Of a stretch of 64,000 bases of DNA, positions 28,676-39,022 are shown piece by piece; the stretch's first letter is position 1, and each line of letters starts with the position of its first letter. The stretch spans positions 1,922,001 to 1,986,000 of the forward strand of contig CAKKNE010000005.1 of assembly GCA_918797485.1 (NCBI GenBank), written 5' to 3'. The notes beneath the pieces were generated by a model. That model did no database searches. It worked only from the letters and a program-made list of their open reading frames with translations, and was not told the origin of the DNA. Made by a program: the position numbers and the translations under genes. The DNA is from Pelagomonas calceolata (lineage: Eukaryota).

Positions 28676-29214
28676 CTCTGAGAGGCTGCTCTGAGGTTGC
28701 AGTGAGTGCAAGGCTTACTGATGCAACGCAGACAAATTGCGGAAGCACGGCGATGGGTGCTGGCGTGTACGTCTCCGAGCGATGCTTAACTGCCCTCTGT
28801 TGGCTGCAGAGCTGCAGCTTTGTTTGGGTTTGAGAGCAAGCCTAGCTAGCGCAACAAGAGCACTAGCTGGAACCTGATGGGGGGCGTCCCAAAAAAAAGG
28901 GGGGGGCGTGCGAGTCCATGCGACTCAGCCCTTGCGTCCTAGTCCAGCCGGACGGGTGGGCCCGGGGGGAGCGGGAGGGGTACGGGGAACCCTGCGACGT
29001 AACTAGCCTCAGCCTCAGCCGAACCTGGCCCAGCACCGTAACAATCATCCTGGCAAGCAAGGCTGCAAGCCCGCACGATTATACTCTACGTAGGAGGACG
29101 TATGCTGTTCCCAAAGCCGCGGCCCGCGCCCACTGTAACAGATAGCAATAATCCCGGAACGTGTATCTTAGGTCTTGGGCCCCGGGGGGTTGGGTCTTCG
29201 GTCTTGGTCAAGAG

Positions 29215-30306
29215 TCACGCGCGCGGGCCGAGCGGCCGCCGCTTCCGCGTCCGCTCGACGGCGGACGTGCGCGGCCCGAACTGGTCGCCGTGGCCGCGGC
29301 GCGCCTCGAACTGCGACGCCTTCGGCCGGTAGAAGTTCTCCTTGTCGCCGCCGAAGTCGGGCCGCGGCGGCCGCGGCCGCACGACCTCGACCTTCTGCTT
29401 GATGAGCTGCGAGTTCCGCGCGAGGTCGAGGTGGGGCGCGCCGTCGCGCCAGTTGCGGATGTCCGCCTCGTCTAAGACTCGTTTCGCCTTCTCCCGCTGG
29501 AGTGGCGGCCGCGGCGTCTCCGCCCGTCGCAGCTCGTCGAGCCGCAGGCGCGACGCGGACGGCGCCATCTGCCGCGAGAAGCGGCGCGGCGCGGCGTCCG
29601 GCGGATCGACGGAGACGACGTCGGCCGTCGCCTGCTGCGCCATGCGCCTACCTCTACCGGTCGCCGTCAGGGGCGGCGGCGGCGGCGGCGGCACGTCCGC
29701 GGCGCGCGCGCGCGTCTCGGCGATGGACGCCCACATGCGCGCCCCGCCTAACGCCGTCCTTAACGACCCCTGGAGCTGGAAGGCCGGGAATAGCAAAGCG
29801 GGGTGCGTCCGCGCGAAGTCGACGAATTCAGCACGGGACAGCTGTTTGCGCGCGGCCAGTTCTTTTAGGGTTTGGCGGGCCAGACGCGACCGGCGCCACT
29901 GGCTTCCGTAGAGCTCGTGGACCATGGCCTCCACTTCAAACCGATCTATGGACCCCGAATCGTCCAGGTCATAGATCGAAAACGCAAAATTCCTCAACCC
30001 TTCCTTCGACAGACTTACGAAGGCCCAGGCCGCCTTCACAAATTCCGGAAAGTCGATCTCGCCGCTCTTGTCGTCGTCCATGTGCGTAAACGCTTTGACC
30101 GCGAAGACCGTCCGGTCGATATCGAAGAACATGAGGAATTCCAGGACCGAGATCTCGCCCGACTGGTCCTTGTCCGCCTTGCGAAACAACTTATACAACG
30201 TCTTGACGTGCTTCGGCTTGAGGCCGGGGCAGCTCTTCGCGCAGGCGTTGCCTTCCCTCAGGGCGTCGCGCCGTTTTCTAGTTTGTTTCCCGTTCACGGC
30301 GCCCAT
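29215..30306 (-). CDS. EF-hand Ca2+-binding protein (calcineurin B/NCS-like), possibly N-myristoylated
   Basis: EF loops DKDQSGEISVLE, DDDKSGEIDFPE and DLDDSGSIDRFE; MG start. Confidence 0.85.
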   Translation of the reverse strand: MGAVNGKQTRKRRDALREGNACAKSCPGLKPKHVKTLYKLFRKADKDQSGEISVLEFLMFFDIDRTVFAVKAFTHMDDDKSGEIDFPEFVKAAWAFVSLSKEGLRNFAFSIYDLDDSGSIDRFEVEAMVHELYGSQWRRSRLARQTLKELAARKQLSRAEFVDFARTHPALLFPAFQLQGSLRTALGGARMWASIAETRARAADVPPPPPPPLTATGRGRRMAQQATADVVSVDPPDAAPRRFSRQMAPSASRLRLDELRRAETPRPPLQREKAKRVLDEADIRNWRDGAPHLDLARNSQLIKQKVEVVRPRPPRPDFGGDKENFYRPKASQFEARRGHGDQFGPRTSAVERTRKRRPLGPRA

Positions 30307-30627
30307 CTTTGCTGCTCGCCGCGGGGTTAGCCTGCCTCGGGGCAGTCCCGCGGCGCCGGCGTCGCGAGGGAGCCCTCCGCTCTCTATGGGCAGCCTCTGG
30401 CGCGAGCTGCGGCGCGAGCTGCGGCGTCGGCGCACCCGCGCGGGTCGCGGCGGCGCAGCGGCGCGGGTTGGGCAGCGGAACGGCGGCGACCGGCCGGCGC
30501 AATGGCCCGAGCGCCTTGCCCTTGCAGAACGAAACGGCGCCGGACCGCCTGGTGCGCAGCCCTCGACTCGTCCAGGGCCGGTCGATGGAGCCCTCCCGAG
30601 AGGTGGAGGCCTGGGTGGAGTCGTACT

Positions 30628-30654
30628 GCTTCCTAGTGTCTTACTGGCGCTAGC
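30628..30654 (+). promoter_or_regulatory. Upstream motif CTAGTGTCTTAC-TGGC-GCTAGC
   Basis: Exact core at 30633-30644, in a divergent spacer. Confidence 0.7.
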
Positions 30655-30859
30655 CCCTTCCTGGGCCAACGAGCAGCAAGGGTGCGCGCGCGCGCTTAGG
30701 ACCTACACGTACTCGACTGGACGTCTTAAGGTAGTCATTGATCGGCAGCGGCCCTTGCGCTGACGAGAAACCGCGACGCTAGAGCGCTCAGCACTCGCCT
30801 GCTGCCCTGCACTGCCCTGCAATTGCATCAGTTTAAGCGCGACAGACGACTCGAAAACC

Positions 30860-31519
30860 ATGCGCGTGTCCCTCGCGGCGCTCACGGTGGTCGCCTCGCA
30901 CTCCGCCACGGCGCGCGGCTTCGTGCCGCGCCGCGGCCTCGCGCCGGCCGCGCCGCGCGCGGACTGCCAAAGGCGCGCGGCGGCGCCGGTGCTGAGCGTC
31001 GCGCGCGGCGGCGGCGGCTTGGGTATAGCGCCGGCGTGGGGCGCCCTCGGCATGACCGCGATCCTTGGGAACGCGATCCGCCGCGTGCTGCCCGTGGCCC
31101 TGGAGCCCTTTTCCAGTGGGGCGGCGGCCCTCGCTCCACCAACGTGGGCCGCCTACGCGGCGTTCGTGGTGTTCATGACCTACGTCGAGGGCTACAAGGC
31201 GTTCCACCGCAAGTTCTCGCCGATGGTCGTGGCCCGCGCCTTGACGTTGCGGGACGCGCCGTTGCATCACGTCGCCTTGGCCCCGCTCTACGCGATGGGC
31301 CTCTTCCACGCGTCGAAAAAGCGGCTGGCGACGTCGTGGGGCTTCGTCGTCGGCATTGCGGCTCTGGTAAAGCTGGTCAAGACGCTCGACTACCCCTGGC
31401 GGGCCGTCGTCGACGGCGGCGTCGTGGCCGGCCTATCGGTGGGCGCGGCGTCGATCCTCTACCACTACGGCCGGAGCCTCGGCGGCGTCGACCCGCCGGC
31501 CGACGCCGCGCTGCCCTGA
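30860..31519 (+). CDS. Membrane protein of unknown function with a plastid-type presequence
   Basis: Signal peptide ...TARG-FVP; 4-5 TM helices; M.YVEGYKAF..KFSPMVV.RA and PWRAVVDGGVV.GL blocks look conserved. Confidence 0.75.
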   Translation: MRVSLAALTVVASHSATARGFVPRRGLAPAAPRADCQRRAAAPVLSVARGGGGLGIAPAWGALGMTAILGNAIRRVLPVALEPFSSGAAALAPPTWAAYAAFVVFMTYVEGYKAFHRKFSPMVVARALTLRDAPLHHVALAPLYAMGLFHASKKRLATSWGFVVGIAALVKLVKTLDYPWRAVVDGGVVAGLSVGAASILYHYGRSLGGVDPPADAALP

Positions 31520-31604
31520 CGGTGTCACGGTAGTGGTGCTCCTTAACGCTTACTCTAGTTATCTGTCGTCATGCGCGTGCGTCGCCACCGGTCACTTCCC
31601 GGCC

Positions 31605-31626
31605 GCTAGTGTCTAACGCCGCTAGC
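31605..31626 (+). promoter_or_regulatory. Upstream motif variant GCTAGTGTCTAAC-GCC-GCTAGC
   Basis: One-mismatch core, upstream of the aldolase gene. Confidence 0.55.
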
Positions 31627-31913
31627 CCGAGCTCGTCTCCGAGCACGGGCTTGCTGGGAGTGAGCCGAGTGGCATCCGATCGACGCTTCGGAGCAGCTTT
31701 TAACTATCTCATAGTCGCGCCTGAGCACGCGAAACGGCTAACGTAGCAAGAGCCGCAAGGTGCAAGCCCTTGAACCTCGAACCTCATTGCAGCTCTCGAG
31801 ACAGTGGCGACAAGAACCGTCGACGGGCTGCAAACTCGTAGCTCCAGGAGTACAACACTGCAACTAGACTGCGCAAACTCGCAGTTCCACGAGGACACTG
31901 CAACCAGCCTGCG

Positions 31914-33107
31914 ATGGCCCCGCCGCGGCGACCCACGGTGTTCGTCCTCATAGCAGCCATCGCACATGCGCTGCAGCCGCCGCGACCGAAGCACTACGCC
32001 CGGACTACATTAAGACGGCACGTGACCGTGCCCGTGCCGCTGGAATACGCGGCCGAGCTCGCCGCCACCGCATTGGCCCTCGTCGCGCCGGGCAAGGGCG
32101 TTTTATCCATCGACGAGTCGCCGCCGACGCTCAAGGAGCGGTTCGAACGCGCGGGCATCGAGCTGGCGGACGACGGCGACGCGACGCAATATAGAGAACT
32201 CGTCGTGACCGCGCCGGATTTGGGGACCTACGCGTCGGGCTGCGTGCTCACGGCGGACGCGCTCTTCGAGGAGACCGAAGGGGGCACGCCGTTCGTCGAC
32301 CTGCTGGCGGCGCAGAACATCGTCCCGGGCGTGCGCGTCGACTGCGGCGACGTGCCGCTGCCCGGCGCTGTGGAAGGAGAGACCTGCTCGCGCGGGTTGG
32401 ACGGGCTCGAGGAGCGCGCGGCATTGTATAGGGAGCAGGGCGCGCGGTTCGCCAAGTGGCGCGGCAGAATCAGAATAGACGACAGTCGGGGGGCGCCGTC
32501 CTTTCTAGCATTAAAGGAGACGTGCTGGACCATGGCGCGCACGGCGCGCACGCTCCAGGAGAAGGGACTCGTGCCTTTATTGGAGCCGGCCGTCCTCGCG
32601 GACGGCGACCACACCATCGAGCGGGCGGCCGAGGTGCAGGAGCGCGTCTACGTCGACGTCTTCCGGGCCCTGGCGGAGAACGGCGTCTTCCTCGAGGGGT
32701 GTCTCCTGAAGCCGATGATGTCGACGCCCGGGACGTCGTGCCCCGAGGCCGCGACGCCCGAGCTCGTCGCCGCGTACTCCGTGCGGACGCTGGAACGGAC
32801 CGTGCCGTCGGCCGTGCCGGGCGTCTGCTTCAACTCCGGCACGCTCGGCGAGGAGGAGGCGTCGCTGTGTCTGGACGCGATGAATCGCATCGAGCGGAAG
32901 GGGCCCTGGAGCGTGACCTTCGGGTTCTCGTCGTCGCTGCAGACGTCGGCCGTGCGGACGTGGGCCGGCTCGAGCGACAACCTCGGCGCGGCCCAAGCGG
33001 CGCTCGTCGCGCGGTGCCGCGCGAACGGCGAGGCAAATCTCGGCAAATACGCGCCCGGGTCGCAGCCGTCGCTGGACACGTCGCGGAGTTTGGCGGGGGA
33101 CGTTTAA
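31914..33107 (+). CDS. Class I fructose-bisphosphate aldolase-like protein (divergent), with signal peptide
   Basis: APGKGVLSIDES, GLDGLEER...Y..QGARFAKWR, GLVPLLEP, LEGCLLKP (Schiff-base Lys), RTVPSAVPGV.F motifs. Confidence 0.9.
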   Translation: MAPPRRPTVFVLIAAIAHALQPPRPKHYARTTLRRHVTVPVPLEYAAELAATALALVAPGKGVLSIDESPPTLKERFERAGIELADDGDATQYRELVVTAPDLGTYASGCVLTADALFEETEGGTPFVDLLAAQNIVPGVRVDCGDVPLPGAVEGETCSRGLDGLEERAALYREQGARFAKWRGRIRIDDSRGAPSFLALKETCWTMARTARTLQEKGLVPLLEPAVLADGDHTIERAAEVQERVYVDVFRALAENGVFLEGCLLKPMMSTPGTSCPEAATPELVAAYSVRTLERTVPSAVPGVCFNSGTLGEEEASLCLDAMNRIERKGPWSVTFGFSSSLQTSAVRTWAGSSDNLGAAQAALVARCRANGEANLGKYAPGSQPSLDTSRSLAGDV

Positions 33108-33196
33108 TTGGGAATTATTTAGTTCTTCCGTGACGCCACTCGCTGCGATGTGACGCCGATGTCGGAGGTCGACTTTTACTTAGTACTACACAAGCC

Positions 33197-34261
33197 TCAG
33201 GCTGAGGCTGAGGCTGAGGGATGCCGGAGGAGGCGCAGCTCGTCCTCGGCCGCGGCCCGTTCCACGTCGGACGCGTCATCATCTAAACCGCCGACGGGCT
33301 CCGGCAGCGTCGCGACGGGCGCCGCGGCCGCCGCGTCGCGCGTCGAACTCCGCCGCCGGCGCGACGTGCGGCGGCCGCGGTGCGCGTCGAACTGCAGGAG
33401 CGACTCGGGCGCCTCGAGCGCGCCGACGCGGCCGCCGCTCGCGAGCGACTTGGGCGGGCTCGGCGCGCGCGGGTCGGGCGGCGCGGGCGGCGGCGCCGCC
33501 GCGTCGAAGCCGCTCCAGAGCGCCCCCAGCAGCGACGGCGAGGCGGGCTTCGCCGCCTCCAGGTGCGAGAGCGCGTCGAGCAGCGGCCGGGCGATGGCCG
33601 TCGGGTCCCGCGCGGGCGCGGGTGCGGGCGCGGGCGGCGCCGCGGGCGGCGGCGGCCGCGGGGGCGACGGCGGCGGCGCGTCGAGGCTCCGCCGGCGGCG
33701 CGGCGGCGACGCCGCGGCCGCCGCGGCCGCGCGCGCCCGCGTGGCGCGCTCGATGCGCGCGACGAGGTCCTTCGCCGTTGGCGACGGCGGCGCCGCCGGC
33801 CGCCTTTTGTGCTGCGGTGATGTCGACGGTGACCGCGCCGCGGCGAGCTCGCCCAGGCGCCGGGTGATGCGCGCGTCGAGGTCCGCCGGCGCGCCGCCGA
33901 CGGCCCGGTCCGCGGGCGGCGGCGGCGACGGCGCGGCGTCGACGCTCGGCCGCCGTGGCGGCGATATTGGCGCGGCGCCGACGCTCGGTCGCCGTGGCGG
34001 CGACGGCGGCGCGCGCCCAGGGCTGCCTATGCTCGGCGGCGGCGAGGCTGCCGCTGGCCGGGGGCTGCCGAGGCGCCGTCGAGGCGGCGACACGGGTGCC
34101 GTCGGCGACCGAGGGGCTGCCGCGGCGAGGACCTCCGCCGGCGTCCTGGGGCTGCCGAGGCTCCGTCGGCGTCGCGGCGGCGACAGAGAGGCTGCTGCCG
34201 CCGCCTCGCGCTGCTGGCTGCTGCGCTCGATCCGTGCGGCCAGCTCCTTGACGGACGGCAT
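33197..34261 (-). CDS. Pro/Arg/Ser-rich disordered hypothetical protein
   Basis: Starts MPSVKELAARIE; repeated (K)DL.ARIER and SPPRRR motifs; divergent from XPF. Confidence 0.55.
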   Translation of the reverse strand: MPSVKELAARIERSSQQREAAAAASLSPPRRRRSLGSPRTPAEVLAAAAPRSPTAPVSPPRRRLGSPRPAAASPPPSIGSPGRAPPSPPRRPSVGAAPISPPRRPSVDAAPSPPPPADRAVGGAPADLDARITRRLGELAAARSPSTSPQHKRRPAAPPSPTAKDLVARIERATRARAAAAAAASPPRRRRSLDAPPPSPPRPPPPAAPPAPAPAPARDPTAIARPLLDALSHLEAAKPASPSLLGALWSGFDAAAPPPAPPDPRAPSPPKSLASGGRVGALEAPESLLQFDAHRGRRTSRRRRSSTRDAAAAAPVATLPEPVGGLDDDASDVERAAAEDELRLLRHPSASASA

Positions 34262-34559
34262 CTCTCGTGCAGGCGCTCGCGTGTCGAAGTGAGCCGCTCT
34301 CACGCCGGGCCTGGAGAATTGCGTTTTTGAAGGCCAACCGGAAGCCGACGCGTCCCGACGCCTGGTCACGCGAGGCCTCGCGGCGAGAGAGCTTGCGCGC
34401 GACGATGCGTCCCACTTTTTGGGCAAGTATTCGGGTTTTTTTTTTTGGTGCCACTTTTTGGAGAGCACACGCAGCCTTACACGTGCGGAGCGCATCGAAA
34501 AGCCAGCGCATGCCTCCCAGCGACTCCAAAAATCCACCGCTAAGCCTGAAAATGCAGCC

Positions 34560-36974
34560 ATGACGAGCGCCCTGCCACCGTACCTCGCCCCGGCCGCCGA
34601 CGCGCTAAACAAGGGAGACGCCCTGGCCGTCGTCGCGCGGGGGCTGGGCGGGACGGTCCACCTCGCGGCCGACGTAATCAGAAGGGCGCTCGAAACGAGG
34701 GAGGACGCGCAGCCTATAATAGTGCTCAACGCGCAGCAAAGGGAAGGGGCGCTGCGCGAGGAATTATGGAGATGTGGCGTCGACGTGGATAAAGTGATGG
34801 CGCGGCACCGCGCGGCGGAGACGAGCCGGACGGAACGGCGGGCCTTGTACGCGACGGGCGGCGTCGTACTGTGCGGCGCGCGCGCGGCGTGCGTCGATTT
34901 GCTCGACGGGACGCTCGACGCTTCTAACATAAAAGGCATTCTCGTCCTGGACGCGGAGCGCTGCGCGGAGAGCTCGCCGGAGGCCTTCGTCGTGAGGCTG
35001 TTCCGGGACCGCAGTACCCAGGGGTGGGTGCGAGCCATCTCCGAGGCGCCAGAGCGGTTAGGCGGCGGCTTCGCGCGCCTGGCCAAGGTCGTCAAGACGC
35101 TGTCCGTGTCAAGTGTCGCGCTCTGGCCGCGCTTCGAGAACGGTATCGCCGACTGCCTGGAAAAGAGCCCTCCATCGATAACCGAGGTCTCGACCAACCT
35201 CGACGAAGGCGCTTCCCTACTCCAACGGCGCGTCGTGGCTGCGATAGCTGCCTGCGCCCGCGAACTGAAAGGAAGGTGCGCCGGATTGCGGGGCGCCGAC
35301 GTTTCAATGTTAGACGAGGCCCTGACGAAGGGCGCTCAAAAGGCCGACGCGTTTTTTGGGGAGCTCGACCAGGCGCTGAACCGCGTCAAGCGCGGCGCGG
35401 CCTGGCGCGCCTTCCCGCAGGCGGGGAGGCAGCTCTGCGCCGAGTTGAGGGCGCTCGGCGATTTGCTGGACGCCGTCGCGTCCGACGACGGCGTCGCGTG
35501 TTTAGAAAGGACGCGGGCGTGCGTCCGAGCCGCGCGCGACCGGCCGAAGCCGTCGACGTGGTCGCAGTCGACGAGCGCCGACGCGTTGTTGGATGCTGCC
35601 AAACGGCGCGTCGTCGTGAAGGAGAAGCCCCTCGCCCTGAAGGCGTCGGCGGCGCCGAAGCTTGGTCTGCTGGCCGAGGCGTTGAAAGGAGGCGGGTCGT
35701 CCTGTGTTATGGTGGTGACCGACGCGGCGCGGGCCGCGCACGTCGCGCAACATTTGGGTGACGGGGACGAGGCCTTCTCCAACAGACGCCTGCTGGACTT
35801 TTTAAGAAGGGACAACGCGCCGTGGCGGCGCGACGCGCAGAAGCGGCGGACTGTTTTGAGGAAAGCGCTGCTGGACGAGGAGGACCGCCGGAGGAAACGG
35901 AAGAAGCGCGGGGCGCCCTCCCCACAAAATTGGGCCTGCATCAGAATAGTGACGCACGCGCAGCTCCTCGAGGCGAGGGACGTGCTGGGCGACGCGAGGC
36001 CGGACCGGATCGTGCTCGTGGACGTGTGCTTCGAGGCCGTGCGGCGCATCGAGGCCCACGCCACTTTATATAAGGTAGACGTCTACGCGCTCAAATTGGA
36101 AGGCGCCGCGGACGAAGCTAGATTATCTTCTCTGATCGCGAAGGAGCGCGACGCGTTCGTGCGGCTCATCGATGAGCGGCGGCTCCTCGCGGCGACGTCG
36201 GACATGGAGCGGCGCCAGTCGACGCGCCCGAAGAAGGCTCGAGCGATCATCTGCGACGCGCGCGAGTTCCGGTCCTCGCTGCCCTTGGCGTTGTACGGCC
36301 GCGGCCTGACGGTCGTGCCCTCGACTTTAGTCGTGGGCGACTACGTCCTGGCGCCGGACGTCGTCGTAGAAAGGAAGAGCGTGAGTGATCTGCACGGGTC
36401 GCTGCAGGGCGGTAGATTAGCTGGCCAGGCCGACGCGATGGCGCGCTTCTACCGGACGCCTTTATTATTGATCGAGACGACGTCGTCCCTCAAAGGTACC
36501 GCGAGTTACGTGGCAGACACCCAGGAGCAGCCTGATAAAAAGTGGGCGCCGAAGGACGACCTCCCGTCGACGCGCGCCGTCGAAGCTCGACTAGCGATGC
36601 TCGCCATGGCCCAGCCGCGCCTCCGCTTCTGCTGGGCTGCTGATGATGCCTCCTCTGCAAATTTATTCGCCGCCATCGGCCGGAACAAGCCCGAGCCGTC
36701 GCTCGACAAGGCGCGGGCCGCCGGCGCCGCGCCGGACGACGGCGTCGACCGCAACGAGGCCGCCGTGGCGCTCGTCCGCCGCCTGCCGGGCGTCGGCGAC
36801 CACAACCTGCGCGCTTTGTTGAACGGGGTCGCCTCGCTGGCCGCGCTCGCGGACGCGTCCCTCGAGGACCTCGCGCCGCTGCTCGGGCGGCGCGACGCGG
36901 GGCGGCTCTTTTCGTTCCTGCGGCGGCCGCTCGCGGCGGCCGAGCCGTCGCCGGCGGCGCGGCGGCGCGGCTGA
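34560..36974 (+). CDS. ERCC4: DNA repair endonuclease XPF (ERCC4/Rad1)
   Basis: R..LY..GGV and EAFVVRLFR (helicase-like region), DAREFRSSLP, GDYVL...VVERKS.SDL nuclease motif, C-terminal HhH (LPGVG). Confidence 0.93.
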   Translation: MTSALPPYLAPAADALNKGDALAVVARGLGGTVHLAADVIRRALETREDAQPIIVLNAQQREGALREELWRCGVDVDKVMARHRAAETSRTERRALYATGGVVLCGARAACVDLLDGTLDASNIKGILVLDAERCAESSPEAFVVRLFRDRSTQGWVRAISEAPERLGGGFARLAKVVKTLSVSSVALWPRFENGIADCLEKSPPSITEVSTNLDEGASLLQRRVVAAIAACARELKGRCAGLRGADVSMLDEALTKGAQKADAFFGELDQALNRVKRGAAWRAFPQAGRQLCAELRALGDLLDAVASDDGVACLERTRACVRAARDRPKPSTWSQSTSADALLDAAKRRVVVKEKPLALKASAAPKLGLLAEALKGGGSSCVMVVTDAARAAHVAQHLGDGDEAFSNRRLLDFLRRDNAPWRRDAQKRRTVLRKALLDEEDRRRKRKKRGAPSPQNWACIRIVTHAQLLEARDVLGDARPDRIVLVDVCFEAVRRIEAHATLYKVDVYALKLEGAADEARLSSLIAKERDAFVRLIDERRLLAATSDMERRQSTRPKKARAIICDAREFRSSLPLALYGRGLTVVPSTLVVGDYVLAPDVVVERKSVSDLHGSLQGGRLAGQADAMARFYRTPLLLIETTSSLKGTASYVADTQEQPDKKWAPKDDLPSTRAVEARLAMLAMAQPRLRFCWAADDASSANLFAAIGRNKPEPSLDKARAAGAAPDDGVDRNEAAVALVRRLPGVGDHNLRALLNGVASLAALADASLEDLAPLLGRRDAGRLFSFLRRPLAAAEPSPAARRRG

Positions 36975-37293
36975 CCTCCTAATGTTGTTGGTATGTTGTA
37001 TCATCTAGGCGGCCCGGCGGGCGGGCCCGCGGCCACGTTGTTTGCTGATCTCAGAGGAAGCGTCAACTGATTTCTGCTATACGTGTGCGACTCCTGTGAT
37101 GGACGTCTGTGAGTTCGCACGCATCCGGGCCCAAAATCGTCCTTGTGACATTGACCTCTGCCTCTCCCAACTTTGGCGGATATCTCCGAGCCGCAACGCA
37201 GCATAACCACTGCGCGTTTAGGCACTGCAAGACGACACAATTATACGCGCCGGCCCAGCTTTTCTTGCAGCAATACAGCAAGGAGCGAGCACC

Positions 37294-37851
37294 ATGTCGA
37301 TGCTCTGGGCCAAATACAACCAGGCGCTGGCCGCGCAGCCGCTCGTCGTCAAGGCGATGACGTCGCTCATCGGCTTCACGGCCGGCGACGTGCTCGCGCA
37401 GAAGGCCGTCGAGGGCAAGGAGGAGTGGGACGTCGCGCGCACGGCGCGCATGGCGACCTTCGGCGCGCTCTGGCACGGCCCGAGCGGTCACTACTTCTAC
37501 GGCTTCCTGGATCGGATGATGCCGGGCACGGCGATGAAGACGGTCTTCAGCAAGGTCGGCATCGACCAGATCGCCTGGAACCCCATCTTCGGCATCGTCT
37601 TCTTCACGTCGCTGGGCCTGATGGAGGGCAAGTCGACGGACGAGATCCAGACCAAGATCAAGAACGACCTGCCCACGGCGGTCACGGGCTCGTGGGCCTA
37701 CTGGGTACCGGCGCACTTCGTGAACTTCCGTTTCATTCCCGGCGAGCAGCGGCTCCTCTACATCAACTGCATGCAGATCATGTACAACATCTTCCTCTCG
37801 TTCCTGGGGAACCGCGACGCGCCCGAGACTGTCGCGGAGAAGAAGGAGTGA
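37294..37851 (+). CDS. Mpv17/PMP22 family protein (no presequence)
   Basis: PLVVKAMTS..GFTAGDVLAQ, KVGIDQIAWNP and WVPAHFVNFRFIP motifs. Confidence 0.92.
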   Translation: MSMLWAKYNQALAAQPLVVKAMTSLIGFTAGDVLAQKAVEGKEEWDVARTARMATFGALWHGPSGHYFYGFLDRMMPGTAMKTVFSKVGIDQIAWNPIFGIVFFTSLGLMEGKSTDEIQTKIKNDLPTAVTGSWAYWVPAHFVNFRFIPGEQRLLYINCMQIMYNIFLSFLGNRDAPETVAEKKE

Positions 37852-37918
37852 GCGCTGCCGCCGCGCGCGCCTTGTGTAAATATCAAGACGTCATCAACGA
37901 GTCACGGCGATGTCGTCT

Positions 37919-37946
37919 GCTTGCTAGTGTCTTACTGGACGCTAGC
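37919..37946 (+). promoter_or_regulatory. Upstream motif GCTTGCTAGTGTCTTAC-TGGAC-GCTAGC
   Basis: Exact core at 37924-37935, about 180 nt before the LPAAT ATG. Confidence 0.7.
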
Positions 37947-38116
37947 TAGGTGCACTCTCGGGACGTCCAGGGACGAGCCCCAAAGCGGGCCAAACGGGCT
38001 GCTCAGCCTCGGCAAGCGTGCGGGACACCTACGCGACTGCCAGAAGAGAGGCATAAAGCGTCACTTGCCTCGCGCCTCGCGCCCTGCCCCCTGTCAAGGC
38101 AGTGCTCTGAGGCGCC

Positions 38117-39022
38117 ATGCGGTGCGCATTCCTAGCGTTATTGGCGTGCGTGGAGGGCTTCCAGCTGCCGCGGCGCAGCCATGCGCTGCACACGCGCACC
38201 CTGAAAATAGCCGCCGCCGCCGTCGCCGTGCCGGACCCCCCGAAACCGGGCCCGCTCGCGCTGAAACTCGGCGGCAAATCCATCAACTTGACGGGCCTCT
38301 GGTTCGGCGCGAGCATGACGATCTGGGTCATCGCCCTGTACCCGCTCGTCCTGACCTGCGCGATCACCTCGAGATTATTCGATCCGAAAAAGCGCCGGCC
38401 GATGGACTTCATGGTCTGGCTCTGGGCGCGCTGTAGCATGCTCACTTGCTTGTATAGACCGAAGGTGACGGGCAAGGAGAACCTGCCGGAGAAGGGCGTG
38501 CCGGTGCTCATCGTGCCGAACCACTGTTCTTATCTAGATATCTTGACGCTGTCGGCGTTCATGCCGCGGCCCTTCAAGTACATCTCGAAGATCGAGATCC
38601 TGCGCATTCCCTTCATCGGATGGGCCATGGGCTTCGCCGGCCACATCGCCCTGCGGCGGGCGGACCGCCGGTCGCAGCTCGAGACGTTCAAGGACACGGT
38701 CGAATCCTTAAAGAACGGCAACTCGGTCGTGGCCTTTGCTGAAGGCACTAGGTCCGCGGACGGCACTTTACAAAAGTTCAAGCGGGGCCCCTTCAAGATG
38801 GCGACGACCGCGGAGGTGGACGTCGTCCCGGTCGCGCTCTGCGACCTGCACAAGTGGCACCCGCCGTCGGCGCTCATGCCCCTGGCCGTGCCCCGCGGCG
38901 TCGAGCTCAAGGTCCTGCCCACGATCCCCACGGCCGGGAAGGCGCCCGACGACGTCATGGCCGAGTGCCAGGCGGCCGTGAACGCCGCGCTGCCGGCGCA
39001 CCAGCAGTCGCGCGCGAAGTGA
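38117..39022 (+). CDS. 1-acyl-sn-glycerol-3-phosphate acyltransferase (PlsC/LPAAT), plastid-targeted
   Basis: NHCSYLD (HxxxxD) and FAEGTRS motifs; signal peptide ...VEG-FQL. Confidence 0.93.
   Translation: MRCAFLALLACVEGFQLPRRSHALHTRTLKIAAAAVAVPDPPKPGPLALKLGGKSINLTGLWFGASMTIWVIALYPLVLTCAITSRLFDPKKRRPMDFMVWLWARCSMLTCLYRPKVTGKENLPEKGVPVLIVPNHCSYLDILTLSAFMPRPFKYISKIEILRIPFIGWAMGFAGHIALRRADRRSQLETFKDTVESLKNGNSVVAFAEGTRSADGTLQKFKRGPFKMATTAEVDVVPVALCDLHKWHPPSALMPLAVPRGVELKVLPTIPTAGKAPDDVMAECQAAVNAALPAHQQSRAK

Noticed and set aside
28870..29200. G-run-rich spacer (GGGCCCGGGGGG twice) as a G-quadruplex element or MITE
   Set aside because: Runs are irregular and widely spaced with no TIR/TSD; not distinguishable from GC-rich background
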